This document shows, in pieces, positions 57,037 through 64,000 of a DNA stretch of 64,000 nucleotides; positions within the stretch are counted from its first letter, which is position 1, and every line of letters begins with the position of its first letter. This DNA comes from an uncultured Bdellovibrio sp. Lineage in GTDB: Bacteria > Bdellovibrionota > Bdellovibrionia > Bdellovibrionales > Bdellovibrionaceae. Location: contig CAWVRN010000009.1 of assembly GCA_963932905.1 (NCBI GenBank), forward strand, positions 32,001-96,000. Reading direction: 5' to 3'. The position numbers and the translations under genes were made by a program. The notes below the pieces were generated by a model. The model ran no database searches. It saw only the letters and a list, made by a program, of their open reading frames with translations, and had not been told where the DNA came from.

Positions 57037-57990
57037 ATGAAAACAATGATGTTGGTACTATTATTTTTCGTGGGTGCCGCTCAGGCTCAATCACGCTATG
57101 GTTTCGCCTATTACGGGTCTCCGCAAATGCGCTGGACATTGCCAGCAAATAATTTACATAGGGAAGATACTGGCCGCGTGGCGAATATCACTGAACAACG
57201 GTTTGGACAGATCATTGACGAAGTGATGGCTGTTTGGACACCGGTAGCAAAAGCTAAAGGTGTTACATTAACAGCGGAAAAACGTTGGTCAGATCCAACG
57301 GTTAACGCGTCTGCGTCTCAAAGCGGAAAAAACTGGGTTGTAAATATGTACGGCGGTTTAGCTCGTCGTCCAGAAGTCACTGAAGATGGTTTTGCACTCG
57401 TAGTATGTCATGAATTAGGTCATCATTTCGGTGGTTACTCTTTCTACGGTCGCACAGACTGGGCATCAGCTGAAGGTGAATCTGATTTCTTCGCTACAAA
57501 CGTTTGTGCGAAATACATCTGGGGCAAACAACAAAATAGAAACGTACTTTACCGTCGCCTTCGTGAAACACCACCCGTTGTTCAAAAAGCGTGTGAAACT
57601 GTTTGGAACGGAAATGCAAATGCACAAGCTTGGTGTGTACGTACGGCTCTAGGTGGTCATTCCCTAGCGACTTTACTTCATGCAATCGGAGGCAGAAATG
57701 CAGCTCCAGCTCCAAGTTTTGATACTCCTGATAAAACGGTAGTAACTAAAACGTCGGTATCACATCCTAAAGCACAGTGCCGTTTGGATACTTATTTTTC
57801 TGGCGCTCTTTGCACAGCTAAATGGGATCTAAATGTTATTCCAGCGAAAAATTTCTCTGGTGGACAAGACACTCCACAAGCTGAACAAGAAGCGATGAAA
57901 TACTCTTGCTTTACAGCAGGTGGCGCAAAAGTAGGCGTGCGTCCTCTTTGCTGGTTCAAGCCTTTAAATTCGGGTTTCCGCACTTTCTAA
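57037..57990 (+). CDS. Secreted zinc metalloprotease (HExxH, M48-like)
   Basis: VNASA, MYGGLAR, VCHELGHH, EGESD, SHP...CR. Confidence 0.85.
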   Translation: MKTMMLVLLFFVGAAQAQSRYGFAYYGSPQMRWTLPANNLHREDTGRVANITEQRFGQIIDEVMAVWTPVAKAKGVTLTAEKRWSDPTVNASASQSGKNWVVNMYGGLARRPEVTEDGFALVVCHELGHHFGGYSFYGRTDWASAEGESDFFATNVCAKYIWGKQQNRNVLYRRLRETPPVVQKACETVWNGNANAQAWCVRTALGGHSLATLLHAIGGRNAAPAPSFDTPDKTVVTKTSVSHPKAQCRLDTYFSGALCTAKWDLNVIPAKNFSGGQDTPQAEQEAMKYSCFTAGGAKVGVRPLCWFKPLNSGFRTF

Positions 57991-58019
57991 TTTTATTTTG
58001 ATTGAAATGTTAAAATAAA

Positions 58020-58067
58020 CAAATGGCGCGCTCTTTACTGAAAATGTATAGACGTGCCATTTTTTTT
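58020..58067 (+). terminator. Probable terminator
   Basis: AAATGGCGCG...CGTGCCATTT followed by a T-run; the loop is long. Confidence 0.5.
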
Positions 58068-58100
58068 AGGTTGGGATTACAAGCATAAAGGAGATCATGT

Positions 58101-58478
58101 ATGAAATATCTTTTAGTTCTATTGATGGTTCTAGTTGGTGCAAAAGTAATGGCGGAACCAGGTCCTGGTGGTGTTATTGAAAATCGTGCTATATCAGTGA
58201 AAGTTTTAGGTGGATTCACAGGCTTCGATGCTGATGGGTACAAAGTCGTTCGTGCGGCAATGGCGTCATTAATCACTGAAGGTGTTGTTGATCATTTCGT
58301 GACCACAGCTTGGGGTTTTGAAGGCGGGCACACGTTCTGTGTTCAGTTAAATCCCGATCCTAATTTCACACTCGATCGTATCACAAAAATGTTAGCGGCC
58401 ATTAAGCCGGGAAATAACACCATTTATGAATATCACGAAGTTCTTTCGTGCATTGGCGATACATCAGAATCTAAATAA
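58101..58478 (+). CDS. Small secreted hypothetical protein
   Basis: AAGGAG RBS, signal peptide, WGFEGG..FC motif. Confidence 0.8.
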   Translation: MKYLLVLLMVLVGAKVMAEPGPGGVIENRAISVKVLGGFTGFDADGYKVVRAAMASLITEGVVDHFVTTAWGFEGGHTFCVQLNPDPNFTLDRITKMLAAIKPGNNTIYEYHEVLSCIGDTSESK

Positions 58479-58654
58479 TCTGTTTAGCTCTTTGCAACCT
58501 TGGGACAAATTGGGGCCTTTTTCGGGGAAAAAATCTCTCAGAACAAGGGTTCTTCAGATATGCCTAAGCTATGAACCCTGCAAAAACTTCCTAGCGTAGC
58601 GTTAATTTCCTGTAAGTGATTGAGAGATTTCGCTTCGCCATATAGATTCACGCT

Positions 58655-60136
58655 ATGAAAATTAATCATCCGATTCTTATTCAAGGTGGTATGGGTATCG
58701 CAGTTTCCGATTGGAAACTAGCGCGGACCGTTTCTTTAACTGGACAGCTGGGCGTTGTCTCTGGAACGGCCATAAATTCAGTCCTGGTCCGCCGTCTTCA
58801 GGATGGAGATAAAGACGGTAATATTCGTCGCGCTTTAAAAGCATTTCCCTCACAAACGATCGCTCAAAAAATTATCGACTCTTTTTATATTGAAGGTGGT
58901 CGTCCGGCAGGTCAGCCTTATAAACGGGCACTAATGTACAACGTGGTGTCTCCGGTCGCTTTGCTCCAACAAACGGTAGCGGCTTGTTTTGTTGAAGTTT
59001 GGCTAGCTAAAGAGGGTCATTGCGGCGTTGTGGGTGTTAACTTGCTTGAAAAAATTCATTTACCAAATTTGGCCTGCCTATATGGCGCCATGTTGGCTGA
59101 CGTGGATTACGTAATTATGGGAGCCGGGATTCCACGTGAAATTCCAGGTGTGTTGGATTTGTTTGCTGAAAATAAAAAAGCCAGTTTGAAAATTCCAGTG
59201 GCGGGCGGGGACGACACGTTAACTCACTTTGATCCTCATGCTGTCATGGACGGTATGGAGTTGAAACCTCTGAAGCGTCCTTTCTTTTTCCCGATTGTTT
59301 CAAGTGCTACTTTAGCTTTAAGTTTAAAGAAAAAATCGACAGGACGAGTAGACGGTTTCATCGTAGAAGGTCCTTTAGCGGGTGGCCACAATGCGCCTCC
59401 GCGTGGACAGATGCAGTTGAACGAGCGTGGTGAACCCATTTACGGTGTTCGTGACCAAGTCGATCTAGCAGATATGGCGGCACTTGAATTACCGTTTTGG
59501 ATGGCGGGCGATTACGCGACTCCAGATAAAATGAAAGCCGTTCGTGATCAAGGTGCACATGGGATTCAAGTGGGAACTCTATTTGCATTTTCAGAAGAAT
59601 CTGGCGTTGATCGCAAGCTAAGATTAGATGCGATCAAAACAATCTTAACGACAACGCCACCAGATGGGGGGTGGATTTTCACGGATCCCAGATCTTCGCC
59701 AACAGGATTTCCCTTCAAAGCGGCTCGATTGCCGGGCAGTATTTCAGAAAAAGCCAATTATCTAAATCGCAAACGTATTTGTGATTTGGGATATCTTAGA
59801 CACACATACAAAAAACCAGATGGAACTTTAGGTCAGCGTTGCCCAGCAGAACCGGTTGCGGACTATATCAAAAAAGGTGGCCTGGAGGAAGATACAGTTG
59901 GTCGTAAGTGCCTGTGTAATGCCTTAATGGCCGATATTGGCATGGCACAAATTCAAGCCGATGGAACACCTGAAATTCATTTATTAACCGCAGGTGATGA
60001 TCTAAATAACATCGGCCGTTTGGTCAAAGCTGGTCAAGGAACCTACGCCGCTACCGACGTCATTGCGTACCTTCTAGGACCAGAGGTTGCAAAAACGAAA
60101 TTACCAAAAACACGCGAAGAACTGAGTTCGCTTTAA
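58655..60136 (+). CDS. Nitronate monooxygenase / FabK-like FMN-dependent oxidoreductase
   Basis: LIQGGMG, MGAGIP, VEGPLAGGH, GIQVGT, SPTGFPF. Confidence 0.9.
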   Translation: MKINHPILIQGGMGIAVSDWKLARTVSLTGQLGVVSGTAINSVLVRRLQDGDKDGNIRRALKAFPSQTIAQKIIDSFYIEGGRPAGQPYKRALMYNVVSPVALLQQTVAACFVEVWLAKEGHCGVVGVNLLEKIHLPNLACLYGAMLADVDYVIMGAGIPREIPGVLDLFAENKKASLKIPVAGGDDTLTHFDPHAVMDGMELKPLKRPFFFPIVSSATLALSLKKKSTGRVDGFIVEGPLAGGHNAPPRGQMQLNERGEPIYGVRDQVDLADMAALELPFWMAGDYATPDKMKAVRDQGAHGIQVGTLFAFSEESGVDRKLRLDAIKTILTTTPPDGGWIFTDPRSSPTGFPFKAARLPGSISEKANYLNRKRICDLGYLRHTYKKPDGTLGQRCPAEPVADYIKKGGLEEDTVGRKCLCNALMADIGMAQIQADGTPEIHLLTAGDDLNNIGRLVKAGQGTYAATDVIAYLLGPEVAKTKLPKTREELSSL

Positions 60137-60288
60137 AGCTCTGAAAAAATAAGCTTTGCTGGCTGAATATCTGATACGAGCAGAATAAACGGTTCTTTAC
60201 TAGAGCTAATGATCAGTTTTTTTGTATCATTTTGATATCCTGTTGTTAGTATACATATGAAATCATTAGCTATTTAACGAGGTTTGCA

Positions 60289-61830
60289 TTGTTTTCATTA
60301 CATTCTATTGCTAAACTGCTATCGATTTCCTTAAATTATACCGATAAGAATCATGGTATGAAAAAATCTTGTTTAAGAGATATAATTTACCTTGTCCAAA
60401 ACATAGTTTTTCCAGATGTTCGTCTCATTTTGAATTATGCAAACTCACAAAACAATGGACAGATTTTAAGAATTATTCTTTTACAAAGTTATATTTTGCT
60501 TTTGGGCTGCACTTTAAATTCAAGAATTTACGATCTAAATCCAAAACCCGTACCCATCACTTTGGCAAGCGTAAGCCCAAATCAGAGTTTCTTTTTGGGG
60601 GGAGAAAAAATCACAATTTCCGGAACCGGATTTAGAGAAGGAATTTCTGTTTTTATTGAAGATAAAGAATGTTCGAATTTAGTTGTCCTAAGTCAGGAAA
60701 GCCTAAATTGTATCGCTCCAAAATTCGATATGGCAAACTTAGATTCGTCAAGTGGCGCTACGGAAAAGCAATTGAAAGCGATTAGTAGTAAAAAGCTGAG
60801 TGTAAGTATTAAGTCGCCTGATGGAACCAAAGTAAATTTAGCAGAAGCCTTTCAGTATAAAAGCGATGCGTTTACAAAAGTTGAACTTTTTTCAGGCCGC
60901 CTTTCTAATGCCGGGCGATCCAATGGAATTGGAACACAAATAAAATTTTATCGCCCCTCAAAGGCGATTATTCATGATGGATACATGTACGTTTCCGACA
61001 CTGGAAATCAACTCATTCGCCGAATTAATATGAGTACCCTTCAATCTGAGGATCTTGCAGGAAAGTGTTTTCAACGAGGGTCGACCGATGGAATTGGAAC
61101 CAATGCCACTTTTAACGATCCAATGGGCTTGGTAGCAGTTGGAAATAATCTTTTCGTAGTTGAAAACCAATCCTGCATCGTAAGAAAAATTGATCTGACC
61201 ACCAAGCAAGTTTCACTTTTCGCGGGTCAGCCAGATAACTGTTCTGCTGCTAGTGATAACGTAGTGGGGACAAATGCTGCCTTTTCAAATCTCTCAGGGA
61301 TAACGGCTGATAATAACTTCCTCTATGTATCAGACGACAGCTCAAACCTTCGCAAAATTTCTCTGAGCGGGACGAATAGTGTAACGACGGTGAACGTTGA
61401 TCCAAACGTTTATATGACCCTAATGGATATCACCCTTATGAATCAAGCGCTTTATATGACTGAAACTGATAATATAAATTCTTATTATATTACCAAATTA
61501 GATCTTACAACCGGAGCTACGTCTACCGTATTAGGCCCGATATCTGTGCAAGCATCAGGAATAACAAATGACGGAGCTTATTTATATGTTTCCTCCTCGT
61601 CTTCAGATAGAATAGCAAAAGTGGATCTCAATTCACCTTCTCTAGTCACCTTAGTTGGCACTACATATGGAAATACCGACGGTGTAGGAACTGCTGCTAG
61701 GCTCGCTGCCCCAGCGGGTTTATTTTACTATAACAATGAAATCTATTTTTCGTCTTATAGTTCTCATAATATTAGAAAGTTTCACACGGGGACATTAGAA
61801 GTAAAAACCATCGTTGGTGATTCAAAATGA
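60289..61830 (+). CDS. IPT/TIG plus NHL-repeat protein (probable lipoprotein; start uncertain)
   Basis: SVSP...GGEKITISGTGF (IPT); repeated DG.GT.A.F..P.G (NHL); possible lipobox LLGC. Confidence 0.8.
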   Translation: MFSLHSIAKLLSISLNYTDKNHGMKKSCLRDIIYLVQNIVFPDVRLILNYANSQNNGQILRIILLQSYILLLGCTLNSRIYDLNPKPVPITLASVSPNQSFFLGGEKITISGTGFREGISVFIEDKECSNLVVLSQESLNCIAPKFDMANLDSSSGATEKQLKAISSKKLSVSIKSPDGTKVNLAEAFQYKSDAFTKVELFSGRLSNAGRSNGIGTQIKFYRPSKAIIHDGYMYVSDTGNQLIRRINMSTLQSEDLAGKCFQRGSTDGIGTNATFNDPMGLVAVGNNLFVVENQSCIVRKIDLTTKQVSLFAGQPDNCSAASDNVVGTNAAFSNLSGITADNNFLYVSDDSSNLRKISLSGTNSVTTVNVDPNVYMTLMDITLMNQALYMTETDNINSYYITKLDLTTGATSTVLGPISVQASGITNDGAYLYVSSSSSDRIAKVDLNSPSLVTLVGTTYGNTDGVGTAARLAAPAGLFYYNNEIYFSSYSSHNIRKFHTGTLEVKTIVGDSK

Positions 61831-62855
61831 AATATTTAAAGAATAAAAAACAAGTTTTAGTTTCTATTTGTTCGTTGTTCCTAACTCTAGGACTAAGCGG
61901 CTGTTTATTCGAAAGTTTTATGGATACTGGATTGGATTTACATGAGGAATATCCGACCATCTTAATTGCCGATGAAAATTACTTATATAAAGCCGCCTTT
62001 TCGAATCCTGGATCTGGAAACAAAACACGAATAGAAAGAACGGATATCAAAAACGGACAAAGTGAAATTTTGATTGGTTCAGAGGAAATTGGATTTGTAA
62101 ATGGAACTGGTACTTCAGTTCGCTTCGAAAATATTTCTGCGATGGTCAAAGTTCCAAATTCAAATTTGATCTATATTGGTGATAAATGCACAATTAGAAA
62201 ATTGGATATTGCTTTGTTATCAGTGAATGTGGTTGCAGGATCAAGTACTAACTGTGTCGCACAGAATGGAATAGGTACATCAGCGTATTTTTCGACAATA
62301 AAAGGTCTTGTCGTGAAAGATAACTTTTTATTCATAGCAGACAATACGGCATTAAGAAAAATGAATCTAACCTCACTTGAGGTGACTACAATTGCCGGTT
62401 CGCTCAGTGCGTCTGGAGATACGAACGACACCGGTACAAATGCAAGATTTGGGTTAATTGGAGATTTAGCTCTTATACAAGATGATATATATTTATTGGA
62501 TCTGACCTATTCGAAAATAAAAAAAGTTTCGTTGGCAACCAGTCTCGTAACCACTTTTATCGGAAGTGGAACATGGGCATCAAAAGATGGAGTCGGTTTA
62601 GATGCCCAAGTTTATTTTAACACATCTCGAATGTCTTCCGATGGAGTTAACTTTTTATTTTTTACTGAGGACGTCGCCATTCGAAAAGTTGATATTTCTA
62701 AGCAGGAAGTAACAACTATCGTGAAGTTTGACGACGCAAGGGAAGATATCGATGGTTCTATTAGTACGGCAAAAAGTTTTTTCCCTTCAGGAATTGTTTA
62801 TACAAATGAAGGTCTTTTCTTTTCCAATTATTCTGGCATCCGAAGATTAAGATAA
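61827..62855 (+). CDS. NHL-repeat lipoprotein
   Basis: Lipobox LSGC; NGTGTSVRF, NGIGTSAYF and DTGTNARF repeats; ATGA overlap with the upstream gene. Confidence 0.85.
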   Translation: MKYLKNKKQVLVSICSLFLTLGLSGCLFESFMDTGLDLHEEYPTILIADENYLYKAAFSNPGSGNKTRIERTDIKNGQSEILIGSEEIGFVNGTGTSVRFENISAMVKVPNSNLIYIGDKCTIRKLDIALLSVNVVAGSSTNCVAQNGIGTSAYFSTIKGLVVKDNFLFIADNTALRKMNLTSLEVTTIAGSLSASGDTNDTGTNARFGLIGDLALIQDDIYLLDLTYSKIKKVSLATSLVTTFIGSGTWASKDGVGLDAQVYFNTSRMSSDGVNFLFFTEDVAIRKVDISKQEVTTIVKFDDAREDIDGSISTAKSFFPSGIVYTNEGLFFSNYSGIRRLR

Positions 62856-63073
62856 CAGGAATAAAAAATAAAACCATTTACCTCTGTAATTTTCAAATTC
62901 GAGTGAGTCAACGGGTAGATATTGCGACATATGGTGTTTCGAAATGAGTCTAAGTTTTTCTTAAAAATTTTATTTTCCGTCGATAACTTTGGCACTTTTT
63001 GCATTTTCAACCAAGTTGATACTTAATTAAATTTGTTTACCGTCTTGTAGAAGAGGGAGCTTATAATAAGGCT

Positions 63074-63643
63074 ATGAGGAATAATCCAATGCTAAATAAA
63101 ACAAAGTCTTTTCTTTTAGTTTTCGCCCTAATTTCAACGTCTTTAACATTGAGTTCTTGTCGTTCTTCTTCGTCCAGCGATCCAGCAGAAAATGCCAATG
63201 GAACTTTAGAGAGTGGAAACGAGGACCATATAGTGGGATCTGACGCTGCATCTTATTATGAGAAGGAGGATGCTAATAATTCTTCGTCAAGTAAATCTGA
63301 AAATGTGGGATATACACTGGATAAAGTAGGTTTAGTAATTCACGGCACATTTGCTGACTCCGCGGGATCTGTTTCTAATGATTTTTATAAATTTAATACG
63401 GGAACGTTTAGCAAAATCAATGTGCAAGTGTACGTTGACGGAAAAAAGGAAACAGAAGCAAATCACCTAACAACAATTTCCCTAAATGCGGCTGTTGATG
63501 ACGGTTACTCGACATTGATGGGAAATGGTTATTTTATTCGTGGTTGGATTCAGCCATCAAAAGAATGGTTGCTCAATATTCTTCCTCCCACCGGCACGCC
63601 AGCCTCACAGAACTATACCATCGAACTAATTGGCGTTGATTAG
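63074..63643 (+). CDS. Lipoprotein with PPC-like beta-sandwich
   Basis: Lipobox LSSC; YEKEDANN..., IHGT...DFYKF, YTIEL. Confidence 0.7.
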   Translation: MRNNPMLNKTKSFLLVFALISTSLTLSSCRSSSSSDPAENANGTLESGNEDHIVGSDAASYYEKEDANNSSSSKSENVGYTLDKVGLVIHGTFADSAGSVSNDFYKFNTGTFSKINVQVYVDGKKETEANHLTTISLNAAVDDGYSTLMGNGYFIRGWIQPSKEWLLNILPPTGTPASQNYTIELIGVD

Positions 63644-63659
63644 AAAACTCATCTCCCGG

Positions 63660-63918
63660 GAACTGGCTCCTTAGCTTGCGGCTAAGAAGCTAAAATCTAT
63701 TGGAAAGACAGTTGTTTAGTTGAAATTTAAAAGCGCTGTCTTGAAACAGTTTTTCAAAAAAAAAATATTATCCGAATTAACTCGTAATACATTCGAGTTT
63801 CGATCCCTCAAAAAAAGCGAGCGTGTTGAATCTTTCTGGATTTTAGATAGCACGTTTTAAATTCACTTGATTTGGCGATATTTTACTTGGCCTTAGCCGC
63901 AGGCTAAGGGGCCAGTTC
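63660..63918. repeat. REPIN-like element: inverted pair of 27-bp REP-like hairpins enclosing a degenerate long stem
   Basis: 63660-63686 GAACTGGCTCCTTAGCTTGCGGCTAAG versus 63892-63918 (25/27 complementary); each arm contains a CTTAGC-N5-GCTAAG hairpin. Confidence 0.85.
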
Positions 63919-64000
63919 AGAGTGACCTTGCTATGGGCTTGCAAAGTGCCGTTTTTGGGCCTAAGTGGCTAAATATAAACAGGTGAAATTATTTAATCAC

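Noticed and set aside
1..64000. tRNA, rRNA, known riboswitches, prophage or anti-phage defence genes
   Set aside because: No recognisable signatures seen by eye. A covariance-model scan was not possible, so small RNAs could have been missed.

Overview
A 64-kb window of a moderately AT-rich bacterial chromosome, very probably from a predatory Bdellovibrionota (Bdellovibrio-like) organism. This is inferred from the Agl-Glt gliding operon, the many orphan secreted proteins and lipoproteins, and the sigma54-like promoters. Recognisable modules: (i) a lexA-imuA-imuB-dnaE2 mutagenesis cassette; (ii) a ZrgBC-like ABC pair with an HD hydrolase; (iii) an ECF sigma, a putative anti-sigma and a secreted protein; (iv) housekeeping and transport genes (OsmC, EamA, AbgT, PEP carboxylase, OPT, nitronate monooxygenase family); (v) secreted hydrolases (permuted papain, S8, PTP, App1, C39-like, HExxH); (vi) an IS3-family remnant; (vii) a 10-gene gliding-motility operon (33066-43626); (viii) an NHL-repeat lipoprotein cluster. 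No rRNA, tRNA or CRISPR array was seen. The most striking unexplained signal is non-coding: two copies (17673-17911 and 46377-46609) of a ~235-bp nested double-hairpin element. The copies share a 47-nt core and short loop motifs, their inner stems differ only by mirrored (compensatory) changes, and their outer stems have largely different sequences yet each stays self-complementary. Two further palindromic element types occur (14196-15204 flanking a papain-like gene, and 63660-63918). The lexA promoter carries tandem GTTC-N7-GTTC direct repeats resembling the alphaproteobacterial SOS box. All calls were made by eye from motifs; no database searches were run.
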